Assembly: GCA_963843685.1 (NCBI GenBank)
Contig: CAWJLO010000006.1
Location: forward strand, 41,680-105,679
Source: an uncultured Chloroflexia bacterium
Lineage (GTDB): Bacteria; Chloroflexota; Dehalococcoidia; DSTF01; JACRBR01
Direction: 5' to 3'
DNA length: 64,000 nt
Under the pieces are notes generated by a model that searched no databases, had not been told where the DNA came from, and saw only the letters and a program-made list of their open reading frames with translations. Below are positions 18,625 through 30,004 of the stretch, in pieces. Positions within the stretch are counted from its first letter, which is position 1. Each line of letters opens with the position of its first letter. The position numbers and the translations under genes were made by a program.

Positions 18625-21033
18625 CTAGCGCGAGTGGACGCAGGCGACCAGCGAAGTGATCAACGCGCCGTTGACACCCACAAGCCGTGTTCCGTCCGTC
18701 TCGAAGTGGATCGCACCCGAGACGGCGGTGTCGTACACCGGAGCGTACTGCTCAATCCGGTCCACGATGTCCGGCGCCGGATGGCCGAACTGGTTGTCCT
18801 TGCCCGTCGAGACCGCCGCCACCTCCGGCTGCACCGCCGCGAGAAACTCGGGGGTGCTGGACGTGCGGCTGCCGTGGTGCGGCACCTTGAGCACCGTAGC
18901 GCGCAGGTCGACGCCGTCCGTTAGCAGCGCGCGCTCCGCCCTCGCCTCGATATCGGCCGTCAGCAGGAAGCTGACATCGCCCAGGGAGACCCGAATCACG
19001 ACGCCGGTGTTGTTCAGTTCGAGGTCCGCAGCCATGGCTGGATCCGGCCCGATCACGTCGAGACGGGCGCCGTCGCCGAAATCCACGCTCATCCCGGGAT
19101 GCGCAGTCTCGATGCGGAGCCCCTCGTCACCGACCGACGCGAGCCACGTGCGATAACCCGCGGAACTCTGAACTCCCGGCCCGGCGACCACGCGGGCGAC
19201 GTCGTAGCGGCTCAACACGTCGATCAGCCCGTACATGTGGTCGGCCTGCGGATGCGTCAGCACCACGAGATCGAGCGACCGGTCGTACCACTGCATTTCG
19301 TCGCCAAGCCCTCGAAGCACGGCGTCGCCCGGCCCGCCGTCGACGAGCACCTGGTGGCCGTCGGGCGATTCGATGAGGATCGCGTCCCCCTGCCCGACGT
19401 CCAGAACCGTCACCTGCAGTCGGTGTGGCGCCGGCGGCCTGAACCACCACGCCGCCGTCCCGGCAAGCAAGGCCGCAGGAAGCAGCACCACAACAAGCGC
19501 CGGTAACGCGAGCGTTTGCGATGCGATTGGCCGTGCCGTCGGCTCGCGCACGTAGCGGAGGAACACGACCACTGCCAGGACGATGACGGCATACGTTCCG
19601 AGTGCCCACAGTTCCGAGTAGCCACCGGCCGTCGCCGCAGCATGCGGAAGCGCTGCGAGCCAGCGCGCGATGTCGATCCAGTACGTGAGCACGTAGTAGC
19701 CCGGCGCCGCAAGCACGAGCCGCCCGGCCGGCAGCATGCCGCCCACCGCCGCGCCGAGCGACCCTAACAGGATCAGCGGGAACGCCGGCACCACGAGCAG
19801 GTTCGCGGGTATGGCAACGAGCGACAGCCGGCCAAAGTTCAGCGCCAGCAGCGGCGTCGTCGATACGATCGCGGCCAGCGTCATCGCGAGCGGTTCGGCG
19901 AACAGGCCGCGCACCCAGCCCGGCAAGCCCTCGACCCGGAGAGTCCTGGCGATGATCTCGACAATCCAGCGCTGGAGCGGGCCCGATAGGTACAGGATCC
20001 CGGCGGTCGCTGCGAACGTGAGCTGGAACGATACGTCGCGCACCACCGACGGCGTAAGGCCGACCATGATCGCGGCGGCGAGCAGCAGCGCGTTGAGCGA
20101 GCTGCCCCGCCGCCCCAGCACCGTCGCAGCGACCATCAGCACACCCATGATCAGCGCCCGCAGCACCGGCGGCGACAGGCCGATGAGTACGGCGTACGCC
20201 GTGACTCCCACGATCGACAGGATCAGCGCCGGACGCCGCCCGACCGCCCACGTGAGGAACATCGTGAAGAACGCCGACACGAGCACGATGTTCGAGCCGG
20301 AGACGACGACGAGATGCGACGTGTTCGTCGTGTTCAGATCGTCGGCCAGATCGGCCGGGAGCGCCGACCGCCGTCCCAGCAGCACCCCCTGCGCAAGCGA
20401 CGACTGCGGCTCCGGCAACGACAGGTCGATGGCACGGGACAGTCGCCGTCGGACCGAGAGCACCGTCGCGCGGAACAGACTGTCGTCCTCGTGCCCGACC
20501 ACGTGCGCCGACGGGAAGCCCATCGTGCTCGCGATTCCCCGGCGCGCGAGATAGTCGGCGTAGTCGAACCCGTCGACAGTCGCCGGCGTCTCGAGCTGGC
20601 CCTCCAACTCCAGGACGTCGCCGGAGCGGTAGCGCGGGTACAGGCCCGTCGTCACCAGCACACCGCCGGACGCCGGCTGCCACTCCCCGCGAAGCTCCAC
20701 TTCCCGCACAGTCACGGCGAACCGCTGCGACGTGTCGCCGATGTCCGGATCGTCCCGCAACACGGCGTGGACGCGCATGGCCACACCGTCGTTGAAGCGC
20801 GCAGCCGCGTCCGGCGCCAGGTGTGGCCGCGTCGCGTCGTAACGGGCGGCGCTCGCGGCGAACAGCAGCGGCATGGCGAGCGCGAAGAGCAGCACGCGGC
20901 GATCACCCCTGACCACCGCGACCGTGATCGTGGCGAAGGCCAATGCCAGCGCGAGCGCCCACGCGCCGCGACCGAGCGTGGCCGCGGCGACCGTGCCCGC
21001 GATCCACGCCGCCGCCAGCCAAGCCAGCGTCAC
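18625..21033 (-). CDS. comEC: DNA internalization competence protein ComEC/Rec2 (ComEC channel + C-terminal metallo-beta-lactamase domain)
   Basis: 802 aa. A polytopic membrane region contains the competence-domain stretch ([14 protein letters not shown]...). The C-terminal MBL domain has [12 protein letters not shown]...[15 protein letters not shown]...[10 protein letters not shown]. Confidence 0.85.
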   Translation of the reverse strand: MTLAWLAAAWIAGTVAAATLGRGAWALALALAFATITVAVVRGDRRVLLFALAMPLLFAASAARYDATRPHLAPDAAARFNDGVAMRVHAVLRDDPDIGDTSQRFAVTVREVELRGEWQPASGGVLVTTGLYPRYRSGDVLELEGQLETPATVDGFDYADYLARRGIASTMGFPSAHVVGHEDDSLFRATVLSVRRRLSRAIDLSLPEPQSSLAQGVLLGRRSALPADLADDLNTTNTSHLVVVSGSNIVLVSAFFTMFLTWAVGRRPALILSIVGVTAYAVLIGLSPPVLRALIMGVLMVAATVLGRRGSSLNALLLAAAIMVGLTPSVVRDVSFQLTFAATAGILYLSGPLQRWIVEIIARTLRVEGLPGWVRGLFAEPLAMTLAAIVSTTPLLALNFGRLSLVAIPANLLVVPAFPLILLGSLGAAVGGMLPAGRLVLAAPGYYVLTYWIDIARWLAALPHAAATAGGYSELWALGTYAVIVLAVVVFLRYVREPTARPIASQTLALPALVVVLLPAALLAGTAAWWFRPPAPHRLQVTVLDVGQGDAILIESPDGHQVLVDGGPGDAVLRGLGDEMQWYDRSLDLVVLTHPQADHMYGLIDVLSRYDVARVVAGPGVQSSAGYRTWLASVGDEGLRIETAHPGMSVDFGDGARLDVIGPDPAMAADLELNNTGVVIRVSLGDVSFLLTADIEARAERALLTDGVDLRATVLKVPHHGSRTSSTPEFLAAVQPEVAAVSTGKDNQFGHPAPDIVDRIEQYAPVYDTAVSGAIHFETDGTRLVGVNGALITSLVACVHSR

Positions 21034-21184
21034 CCGAACGTCCTTCCCGCTCCGACCAAACGGATGCGATCGTACTACGAGGCGTCAAGATCGAGCCGCC
21101 GCCCGCCGCTGACCGCCCGCCCCTACCCCTCGGACACGCCGTCACGTAGCATGAGGGCGCTCTGGCCGATTCCAGGAGAACGTT

Positions 21185-21878
21185 ATGTCCGCTACGGCAA
21201 TCATCGAGGGCGCGCGCAAAGAAGGCCGCACCCTGCTGACCGAGATCGAGGCGAAGCAGGTGCTCGAGGAGTCCGGCGTGCCGGTCTCCCCCGCCCGCCT
21301 GGCGCGCACCCGCGACGACGCCGTAAAGATGGCGAACGAGCTCGGGCTACCCGATCGTGCTGAAGATCGTCTCGCCGCAGATCACGCACAAATCCGATGT
21401 CGGCGGCGTCGCGCTGAACCTCACTTCGGCCGAGGAAGTCGGCGCGGCGTACGACTCGGTCGTCGCGTCGTCGAAGCAGCACGTGCCCGACGCAACCATC
21501 GACGGCGTCGCCGTACAGCGCATGGAGAAGCAGGGCATCGAAGTGATCGTCGGCATGATCAAGGACCCGCAGTTCGGGCCGGTGATGATGTTCGGCCTGG
21601 GCGGCGTGCTGGTCGAAGTGCTCAAGGACGTTGCATTCCGCGTCGTGCCGCTGAACGAGCGCGACGCGCGCCAGATGGTGCACGAGATCAAGGGCTACCC
21701 CCTGCTCGAGGGGTATCGCGGCCAGGATCCCGCCGACATCGCCCGCCTGGAGCAGCTGCTGCTCAAGGTCTCGCAGTTCATCGAGCAGCACCCGGAAGTC
21801 GCCGAGCTGGACCTGAACCCGGTGTTCGCCTACAAGGACGGCGCGCTCGCGGTCGATGCGCGCATCGTCCTCGACTAG
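21185..21878 (+). CDS. acetyl-CoA synthetase (ADP-forming) beta subunit / ATP-grasp domain protein; apparent frameshift at ~21344-21346
   Basis: Frame 1: MSATAIIEGARKEGRTLLTEIEAKQVLEESGVPVSPARLARTRDDAVKMANELGLP, then nonsense. Frame 2 (21357..21878): IVLKIVSPQITHKSDVGGVALNLTSAEEVGAAYDSVV...GVAVQRMEKQGIEVIVGMIKDPQFGPVMMFGLGGVLVEVLKDVAFRVVPL...LDLNPVF. The junction ctcgg[g]ctacccgatcgtg would read ELGYPIVLKI with one G removed. Confidence 0.65.
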
Positions 21879-21885
21879 CGGCGCC

Positions 21886-23320
21886 GTGATCTCCCAGGAG
21901 CACCTGCGCCGCGTTCTCAATCCGCGCACCGTCGTCGTCGTCGGCTCCAAGCGCGCCGACGGCTACATGTGGCTCCGCAACTACGGCGAATTCAAGAGCG
22001 GCAACCTCTACTCCGTCCAGATCGACCCCAACGAGATCCCCGGCATCGAGGCGATGGGCGTGACGAACTTCACGTCGCTGATGGACGTCCCCGGCGACGT
22101 CGACTACGCGATGCTCGCCGTGCCGCGGCCGGTGGCGCCACGCGTGCTTGCCGACTGCGCGAAGAAGGGCGTGGCCGGCGTCGCGCTCTTCACCTCCGGC
22201 TTCGCGGAAACGGGCGAGGAGGACGGCATCAAGCTGCAAGAGCAGGTGCTTCAGATCGCGCGCGACGGCAACATCGCCCTCATCGGCCCGAACTGCATGG
22301 GCCTGTACAACCGGCGCCTCGGCATCCGGCAGAGCGGCGAGCAGGGCGCGGGCGAAGCGGGCGACGTCGGCTTCATCTCGCAGAGCGGCACCCACGCCAT
22401 CAACTTCGGCCTCGTCGGCGAGCAGTACGGCGTGCGCGTCAGCACGTCGATCAGCATCGGCAACGCCATCATCCTCGACGTGCCCGACTACCTCGACTAC
22501 CTGGCCGACGATGCGGAGACGAAGGTCATCGCCATGTACATCGAGGGGGTGAAGGACGGCGAGCGCTTCGTCCGCTCGCTACGCCGCGCGGCTTCGATCA
22601 AGCCCGTCGTCGTCTGGAAGGGCGGCGTGACCGACGCCGGCGCCCGCGCGACGATGTCGCACACCGGCTCGCTCGCCGCCCCCCGCGCCGTCTTCGAGGC
22701 GATCGTCCGCCAGGCCGGCGCCGTGATGGCCACCAGCCTCGAAGACACCATCGACGTCGTCAAGGCGCTGCTCTACGCGAAGCCGGCGACCGGCCGCGGC
22801 ATGGGGCTGATGGCGATGACGGGCGGCCAGTCCGTCGTGATCACGGACTCGTTCGTCGAGGCTGGCCTTGAGGTGCCGCGGCTGTCGGACGCCTCGTACG
22901 ACGAGTTGCGCGGCGTTCTTCAACATCATCGGCGGCAGCTACCAGAACCCGCTCGACATGGGCGGCACCGTCGGATACGGCCAGGCCGGCGACAACATGC
23001 GCAAGCTGTTCGACATCCTCGAGCGCGACCCGCACGTCGACGCCATCGCGATGGAGATGGCGTCCGGGTTCCTGGCGCGGATGTGGGCCGCCAACCCCGC
23101 CAGCCTCGACGGCCTGCTGAACACGCTCGCCGAGCACAAGGAGCGCTCAAGCAAGCCGTTCGTCGCCGTGCTACAGCCCCAGCACGTCGAGGAAGTCGTC
23201 CGCCAGGCGCGCCTCAAGGTGCAGGAGCGCGGCATCGCCGCCTTCGCCTCGTTCGAGCGCGCCGCCCGCGCCCTCCGCCGCGCCATCGACTACCACCGCT
23301 TCAAGGCCGGGCTGGACTAG
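21886..23320 (+). CDS. acetyl-CoA synthetase (ADP-forming) alpha subunit (CoA-binding + CoA-ligase domains); apparent frameshift at ~22915
   Basis: GTG 21886: ISQEHLRRVLNPRTVVVVGSKRADGYMW...FTSGFAETGEEDGIKLQEQVLQIARDGNIALIGPNCMGL...FISQSGTHAIN...VIAMYIEGVKDGERFVRSLRRAASIKPVVVWKGG...SYDELRGV. Then the frame shifts to 22868..23320: FFNIIGGSYQNPLDMGGT...ERAARALRRAIDYHRFKAGLD. Confidence 0.65.
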
Positions 23321-23360
23321 CGTTCGACTGCACACTGCCTGCCCCCCGTCGACGAGGAGA

Positions 23361-23715
23361 TCACGCCGCCGACATGCGCCGTCGGCGTAGGCTTCGCCGC
23401 AGCAGAAGCGTCGACCCGACGGGCGTCAGTATCGCTGCGATGAACAGAGCGCCGGCGGTAGGGATCAGGTGAACCTCGTTCCTGGGCGGTTCTGAGAAGC
23501 ACCCCGATCGCGAGATAGGCGACGCTGATCATGATGAACCCGCCGAGCGTGATCATCCGGATCACTGCGACAACACAACTAGCCTCCCATTCGCCGCACA
23601 GAAGCCAGCCGAGTCCGCTTGTAAAGGAGACTCCCAACAGAACATTAAATATGGAATCAGGGAGAGTGGCCGGAGGCGCGTCAGACCACACCAGTAGCGC
23701 GAAGAGCGTTCGCAT
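23361..23715 (-). CDS. small hypothetical membrane protein (about 3 TM), possibly frameshifted near 23470-23480
   Basis: The ORF 23317..23715 gives MRTLFALLVWSDAPPATLPDSIFNVLLGVSFTSGLGWLLCGEWEASCVVAVIRMITLGGFIMISVAYLAIGVLLRTAQ. A -1 shift continues as a third TM helix plus a positive tail, NEVHLIPTAGALFIAAILTPVGSTLLLRRSLRRRRMSAA*. It lies in a locally lower-GC patch. Coordinates are approximate. Confidence 0.35.
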
Positions 23716-23949
23716 CGATCACGCATGCCACCCCGGGCAATGAGTTCGAGGCCTATTGCTATCGCCTCGTGGCGCCGACTGACGGGACCGCGCGCGCCAA
23801 GCGCGAGACGCGACCATGAAAGCCGCGCCTTCGCATCAGAAACACCCTCCATCGGAACCTCATCCATGCGCCGATGCTACGCTTGCGCGCGACCGATCGC
23901 AAGGTGCGGATGTACCATGCCCTGACGTGACGAGCTCGAGGAGGAGACC

Positions 23950-24342
23950 ATGCAACGCCAGAACATCAGCAGCGGGGCCAGGTGGGAGCCCATCGTCGGC
24001 TACTCCCGCGCCGTCCGCGTCGGAAACGCGATCTGGGTCGCCGGAACCGCGCCCGCAGGCCCGGACGGCGCCGCGCTCTTCCCCGGCGACATGTACGCCC
24101 AGGCGAAGGAGTGTCTCCGCCGCATCGAGGCCGCGCTGGCCGAGGCGGGTGCGTCGATGAAGGACGTCGTCCGCACCCGCATGTTCGTCACCGACATCAG
24201 CCGCTGGGAGGAGGCCGGCCGCGCCCACGGCGAGTACTTCGCCGACGTGCGCCCGGCCGCCACGATGGTCGAGGTGAAGGCGCTCATCGATCCGACTCTG
24301 CTCATCGAGATCGAGGCCGACGCTGTCATAAGCCAGCTATAA
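23950..24342 (+). CDS. RidA/YjgF/L-PSP family reactive-intermediate deaminase
   Basis: 130 aa; ...[21 protein letters not shown]...[27 protein letters not shown]...[20 protein letters not shown]. Confidence 0.85.
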   Translation: MQRQNISSGARWEPIVGYSRAVRVGNAIWVAGTAPAGPDGAALFPGDMYAQAKECLRRIEAALAEAGASMKDVVRTRMFVTDISRWEEAGRAHGEYFADVRPAATMVEVKALIDPTLLIEIEADAVISQL

Positions 24343-24373
24343 CCTATCCCCTACTAACCTGTACCCTGCCCCC

Positions 24374-24715
24374 ATGGCCGACTGCTTGTTCTGCAACATG
24401 GCGTCCGGCGCCATGGACGTCCCCAAGCTCCACGACGACGACCTCGTGTTCGCCATCCGCGACATCAACCCCCGTGCCCCCGTCCACCTCCTCCTCATCA
24501 CGAAGGAGCACATCCCGGACGCCCGTCACGTCACCGCCGCGCACGGCCCCGCCCTCGCGCGCATGTTCACCGTGGCCCAGGATCTCGCGAAGACGGAGGG
24601 CCTCGATCGCCGCGGCTACCGGCTGGCCTTCAACGTCGGCGAGGACGCCGGCATGACGATCCCGCACCTCCACATGCACCTGATTGGCGGACGCAAACTC
24701 GGCGCCGAGGGCTGA
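24374..24715 (+). CDS. HIT family protein (Hint-like histidine triad nucleotide-binding protein)
   Basis: 113 aa; CLFCNM...APVHLLLITKEHI...HLHMHLIGG. Confidence 0.85.
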   Translation: MADCLFCNMASGAMDVPKLHDDDLVFAIRDINPRAPVHLLLITKEHIPDARHVTAAHGPALARMFTVAQDLAKTEGLDRRGYRLAFNVGEDAGMTIPHLHMHLIGGRKLGAEG

Positions 24716-24788
24716 GGCGACGTTGCCGCGCCGACCCGTGCGTGTGAGACTGATACGCACACTCCACGCCGCGATATAGCCGGTCCGC

Positions 24789-26023
24789 ATGGCATCTTCT
24801 CTCCGTCGATTCATCCCGCACGCGATCCTCGTCGCGCTGGTGGCGCTCTCGTTTGGGTGCTCCACAGCGCTCGTCGCCGCGCTCCCGCTGCCGAACGGCG
24901 AGAACGACTTCAACTCGCCCGGCTTCATCGTCCGCCACTCGTGGGTGAAGTTCGCCATGCTCGCGACCCGGCCGATCCGCGGCAAGCCGAGCGCGGCCGA
25001 AGAGAACGCCATGGTCGCGCGCTTCTTCGAGCTGAACGGCCTCATCGCCAACGCGGAGCGCGTCGCCGGCGATCCCAACAGCTCCCCCGCCGACGCCGCT
25101 GCCGCGACAGCGCAGGACGACCAGCTGCGTGCGGAGCGAAGCGGCATCCAGAACGAGGTGCAGCTCATCCTCGAGGGCCGGCTGACGAAGGTGATCAAGG
25201 AGGCCGGACTCACGCGCCGCTTCGGCGGCGACTACGTCTGGCCGCCCGTGAACATCCAGTTCCAGCAGCCGCCCGCCGTGCTCGTGAAGTCGCCTCGCAG
25301 CGAGATTCGGACGGAGAGCGAGCAGCTCCTGCAGGGCGACCTGCCGATCGACCGCGTGCGAGCAGCATCGAGTCCGCAGCCGAGGCGGACGGCAAGACGT
25401 CGGCGCTCGTCGTGCAGATCGGCGGCATCGCCGAGTACCCCGCCATCATCCCCTACGACTCCGACTACCACTACATCCTGCAGGACATCGCCCACGAGTG
25501 GACGCACCACTACCTGGCGTTCGCGCCGCTCGGCCGGCGCTACTACGAGAACTCGGAGCTGACGACGCTGAACGAGACGCTGGCGAACATGGTGGGCCGC
25601 GAGCTGGGCGACATGATGTTCGCGGAGTACCCCCTCCCGGCGAAGCCCCCTGCTGACGTCGGCGTGGGGCAACACCTCGCGTCGCCGTTGCCGCAGGCAG
25701 GCATCGACTTCACCACGGTGATGCGGACCCTGCACACGCAGGTCGTCGCCCTGCTCAAGCAGGGGAAGATCGCGGAAGCGGAGTCGCAGATGGAGCAGAC
25801 GCGCGCGTACCTGGCCGAAAACGGCTACTACATCCGCAAGCTGAACCAGGCGTACTTCGCGTTCTACGGCTCCTACGCGGACACCGCCGGCTCGATCGAC
25901 CCGATCGGCCCGAAGTTCGATGAGCTGCGGAAGGAGAGTCCGACGCTGAAGTCGTTCCTGGAGGAGGCGCGGGACTTCACGTCTGAGGCCGACCTGGACC
26001 GCGCGCTCGCCGCTACGAAGTGA
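24789..26023 (+). CDS. secreted hypothetical protein with HExxH motif (putative zinc metallopeptidase-like); apparent frameshift at ~25350-25370
   Basis: Frame 1 (24789..25562): a signal/TM anchor (MASSLRRFIPHAILVALVALSFGCSTALVAALP) and a sensible sequence up to ...QGDLPIDRVRA. Frame 2 (24857..26023) continues: SSIESAAEADGKTSALVVQIGGIAEYPAIIPYDSDYHYILQDIAHEWTHHYLAF...ETLANMVGRELGDMMF... Confidence 0.5.
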
Positions 26024-26712
26024 CCTGCTCGATGGCCTGGCGGAGGTCGCGCAGGTTCTCGCGCGGCGACGCTTCGCTGTTGTAGACCGAAGAGCCGCAG
26101 ACCAGCACGCGCCCGCCCGCCTCGACGCACGCCGCGGCGTTGCCGGCCTTCACGCCGCCGTCCAGCTCGATGTCCGGCGACAGCCCGCGTTCGTCCAGCA
26201 TGGCCTTGAGCCGCCGCACCTTGTCCAGCATCGACGGGATGAGCTTCTGGCCCGCCCCAGCCGGGGTTGATCATCATCACCATGATCTGGTCCGCGACCT
26301 CCAGCACCTCTTCGATGGCGCTGAGCGGCGTCGCCGGGTTGATGCAGATGCCCGCCCGCTTGTGCATCGTGTGGATCCGGCGCAGGAGCCGGTCCGCGTG
26401 GTGCGTGGCCTCGATGTGGAAGTTGATGATGTCCGCGCCCGCCTCGGCGAACGCGTCGAACTGCGCCTCCGGATCCTCGATCATCAGGTGCAGGTCGATG
26501 GGAAGCTTCGTCGCCTTGCGGATCGCCGGCGACCACGAGCGGCCCGAACGTGATCGGCGGCACGAAGTGGCCGTCCATCACGTCGAGGTGCATGTAATCC
26601 GCGCCACCCGCCTCGGCGGCCGCCACCTGCTCCGCCAGCTTGCCGAAATCCGCGGTCAGGATCGACGGCGCCAGCTTGATCGCCGCCGGGTTCGCCCAGG
26701 TTCGCCGTCATC
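26013..26712 (-). CDS. rpe: ribulose-phosphate 3-epimerase, fragmented over at least 4 frame segments by apparent single-base indels
   Basis: Segment 1: ATG 26712 (ATGA overlap with the argH stop), MTANLGEP... Segment 2 (26150..26626): ...[50 protein letters not shown]. Segment 3 (25873..26484): ...[59 protein letters not shown]. Segment 4 (26013..26231): ...[72 protein letters not shown]. Removing one C from gaaccc[c]ggcggcg joins segments 1 and 2 as [22 protein letters not shown]. Confidence 0.75.
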
Positions 26713-28196
26713 GCGCCTTCTTCCTCTTCACGCCGCGCAGCTGATCGACGCGCTTCCGGGCGCGGCGGAGCGCCGCCCCGACCTGGCGCGGCGCCGTCCC
26801 GCCCGGCACGTCGCGCGACCGTAGCGACGTCATGACGTCGATGCCGAGCGCATCGGACTGGAACAAGGGCGAGAACCGCCGCAGCTCCTCGAGCGAGAGC
26901 CGCCCGAGCTCCGCGTTCTTGCCTTCCGCGTAGCGGACGAGCTTGCCGACGGCCTCATGCGCCTCCCGGAACGGCAGCCCCTTGCGCACGAGGTAGTCGG
27001 CGAGGTCCGTGGCGAGCGAGTAATTGGCGACGGCCGCCTTGCGCGCGCGCTTCGCGTCGACCTCGATCTTCGGCAGCATCGCGGCGAGCACCTCGAGCGT
27101 GGAGAGCAGCGTGTCCTCCGTCTCAAAGAGCCACGGCTTGTCCTCCTGCAGGTCGCGGTTGTACGCGAGCGGCAACCCCTTGAGCGTCGTCAGCATGCCG
27201 ACGAGCGCGCCGATTGCGCGGCCCGTGCGCCCGCGCGCCAGCTCAGCGACGTCGGGGTTCTTCTTCTGCGGCATGATGCTGGAGCCCGTCGCGAACGCGT
27301 CCGGCAGCCGGATGAAGGCGAACTCCGCGCTCGACCACAGCACCAGCTCCTCGGCCAGCCGCGACACGTGCACGAGGCAGAGCGCGGCGGCGCTCAGATA
27401 GTCGACGACGAAGTCACGGTCCGACACGGCGTCGATGCTGTTGGCGGACACGCGGTCGAAGCCGAGATCGCCGGCGACGGAGGCGCGATCGATCGGATAC
27501 GGTACGCCGGCCAGCGCGCCGCTGCCGAGCGGCATCTCATCCATCATCTCGTGCGCGAAGGCGAAGCGCGCGGCGTCGCGGTCGAACATCTGGACGTAGG
27601 CGAGCAGGTGGTGGGCGAGCAGCACCGGCTGCGCGCGCTGCATGTGCGTGTAGCCCGGCATGGCGACGGACTTGTTCGCCTCCGCCAGCTCCAGCAGCGC
27701 CGATTCCAGCGCCAGCAGCGCGGCGATCGCCCGTCCGCACGCGCCCTTCACGTACATGCGGAAGTCCGTGGCGACCTGGTCGTTACGGGAGCGCGCCGTG
27801 TGCAAGCGACCCGGCCGCCGGGCCGATCTTCTCGGCCAGCCGCGCCTCCACGTTCATGTGCACGTCCTCGAGGTCGTCGCGCATGACGAACTCGCCGCGC
27901 GCGTACTCGTCGAGGATCTGCTGCAGACCGCGGACGATGGCGTCGGCGTCCTTCTTCGCGATGATGCGCTGCCGCCCCAGCATGCGGGCGTGCGCGATGG
28001 AGCCGGCGACGTCCTCCGGGAGGAGGCGCGCGTCGACGGAGGTGGACGAGGTGTAGGCCTCGACCATCTGGTCGGTGGCGGACGCGAACCGGCCGCCCCA
28101 CGGCTTGGGCGCGCCGGATCCTGGCGCGGCCCCATTGCGAGACGGCGCGCCGGAGCGCTTCGCCGGACGGCGCGGCGGGGTCTTTGACGTGGCCAC
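26708..28196 (-). CDS. argH: argininosuccinate lyase, apparent single-base frameshift at ~27809-27811
   Basis: N-frame (27783..28196): ...WGGRFASATDQMVEAYTSSTSVDARLLPEDVAGSIAHARMLGRQRII...EDVHMNVEARLAEKIGPAAG. C-frame (26708..27805): (R)LHTARSRNDQVATDFRMYV...GYTHMQRAQPVLLAHHLLAY...SSIMPQKKNPDVAELARGRTGR... The junction gccgg[g]tcgcttgcac would read GRLHTARSRND with one G removed. A ~30-aa N-terminal extension before WGGRF leaves the start uncertain. Confidence 0.8.
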
Positions 28197-28327
28197 GGGT
28201 CTCCCTCGTCGCGACCGCCGGACGTGGCGGACGCGGCCCTTCCCTGCGCTGGACGTGACTGATGGTATAGGGTCGGCTTCGGAGCGCGCTAGCGAGAGCC
28301 GAGATCGCCCTGACTCGCCCGGGGGAA

Positions 28328-30004
28328 TCAGCCCGGCGGCGGCAGCGTCCTCGCGAGGACGTTCTCTGCGTCACGGCGGACGAGCAGGTTGAACCAACGG
28401 CCGTCGGAGAGATGCACACTGCGGGCCGCGTACTCCCGCCAGAGGCCCTCCTGCTTCAGCATGTCGATGCGTGCGGGGATGACGCCCTGGTCCTGCGTCA
28501 TGTAGTCGTGCTGCGACCAGGCAACGGTCTGGAGCGAGTCAGTCAGCAGGATGATGTCGGGCTGCTGGTCGAGCACGTACTGCGAGTCGTACTTCTCGTG
28601 TCCGGCCGGGAACCCTCCGAGCGGCAGGTCGCGGTGCGCGATGTGCTCGTCGAGGAGGCCGAGCATATCGATGGTGTGGAGACCGGACTCGTACGGGATG
28701 GCGCCGGCAGGGATCACGGCGATGGTGGTCGTCGCGGGCACGTTGTCGTGCAGCCAGCGCCCCATCTCGACCCGCTGGGTGACGGCCAGGCGCTCTCCGG
28801 GCAGGGCGAAGTCGGCCGCGGAGGCATGCAGGTTGAACGCGAGGAGCGCGGCAACGGCGAGCGCGGCCGCCGCTTCGGCGATCCATCGCTGCCGGTGGGC
28901 GGCCAACTCCCCGATCAATGCCGCGCCCGAGGCGGCGATGATGGCGTATGCCAGCGGAAGCACCGGCGCGAAGAATCGGAACCGGGCGAGCGCGTCGCCG
29001 CCGACGTAGACGACGTAGCCAAACCACACCGCAACGAGCGCGAGCACGTAGAACGCCGGCATGCGGCGGATCGACGTCAGCGCGATCGCCAGCGGCGCGA
29101 GCAGCAGGAGCCAGGCGGCGTACTGCTGACTGAACGCGGTGAGGTAGCCCAGGCCGCGCGTGTACTGGTCGAAGCTGGCGCCGACCTTGTCGTAGTAGGT
29201 GTTGGGGAAGAGCCAGCCGTAACGGTCGTACCGCCAGACGAAGTACGGCACGAAGAGCCCTGCGAAGGCGGCGACCCACAGGGCGAGCGACATCGGCTCG
29301 ACTAACAGCTCGCCGATGCGCGCGCGCAGGCCCAGGTGGCGCGACTCCATCATGCGCGCGGCCGCCTCGCCGAGCTTGAAGAGACCCGACACGGCGACGA
29401 GCAGCAGACCATCGGGCCGCGTCATGGCGACGAACGCCCACACGGCGCCCGATGCCGGGATGCGCGGCCGGCTCTGCTCGCGGATGTGCAGCAGGACAGC
29501 GGCGAGCGCGAGCACAGCGAACAGCGGCGCCTCGAGGCCGGCTGTCGCCCATACCGCCCACGTGCCGCACGTTGAGAGGAGCAGCACGGCGGCGAGTCCC
29601 GCGGCGCGGCCGGAGGCGCCTTCGACGAGCCGCGTCGACAGCACGTACACACCGCCCGCGACCACCACCGAGAGCCCGAAGCCGAGCCAGCGACCGGCGA
29701 GAACCGGATCGGCGCCGGCCTTTACCAGCCCCGCGACGCTCAGCACCCAGAGGAAGTCCGTGTAACCCTCGACCCACTGGCCGGGGTTCCAGACGAGGCC
29801 CGCGCCATCGGCGAAGTTGCGCGCGTAGCGATAGGTGATGTACGCGTCGTCGGCGGTGTAGTGGAAGTAGAAGATGCCGTGGAAGAGCAGGATCGCCGCT
29901 CCGCCAAGGACAGCGGCCACGGCGTACTGGCGCGTGAGACGTGCGAGCGCGTACGAAAGCGCGGCTGCGCCCATGGCGCCGAGCGCCAGGTACGGGAAGG
30001 TCAC
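28328..30004 (-). CDS. GT-C superfamily membrane glycosyltransferase (ArnT/PMT/arabinofuranosyltransferase-like)
   Basis: 558 aa, about 11-13 TM. It has an N-terminal periplasmic-loop DD motif (HYTADDAYITYRYARNF) and a C-terminal soluble region (HEKYDSQYVLDQQPDIILL...). Confidence 0.6.
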   Translation of the reverse strand: MTFPYLALGAMGAAALSYALARLTRQYAVAAVLGGAAILLFHGIFYFHYTADDAYITYRYARNFADGAGLVWNPGQWVEGYTDFLWVLSVAGLVKAGADPVLAGRWLGFGLSVVVAGGVYVLSTRLVEGASGRAAGLAAVLLLSTCGTWAVWATAGLEAPLFAVLALAAVLLHIREQSRPRIPASGAVWAFVAMTRPDGLLLVAVSGLFKLGEAAARMMESRHLGLRARIGELLVEPMSLALWVAAFAGLFVPYFVWRYDRYGWLFPNTYYDKVGASFDQYTRGLGYLTAFSQQYAAWLLLLAPLAIALTSIRRMPAFYVLALVAVWFGYVVYVGGDALARFRFFAPVLPLAYAIIAASGAALIGELAAHRQRWIAEAAAALAVAALLAFNLHASAADFALPGERLAVTQRVEMGRWLHDNVPATTTIAVIPAGAIPYESGLHTIDMLGLLDEHIAHRDLPLGGFPAGHEKYDSQYVLDQQPDIILLTDSLQTVAWSQHDYMTQDQGVIPARIDMLKQEGLWREYAARSVHLSDGRWFNLLVRRDAENVLARTLPPPG

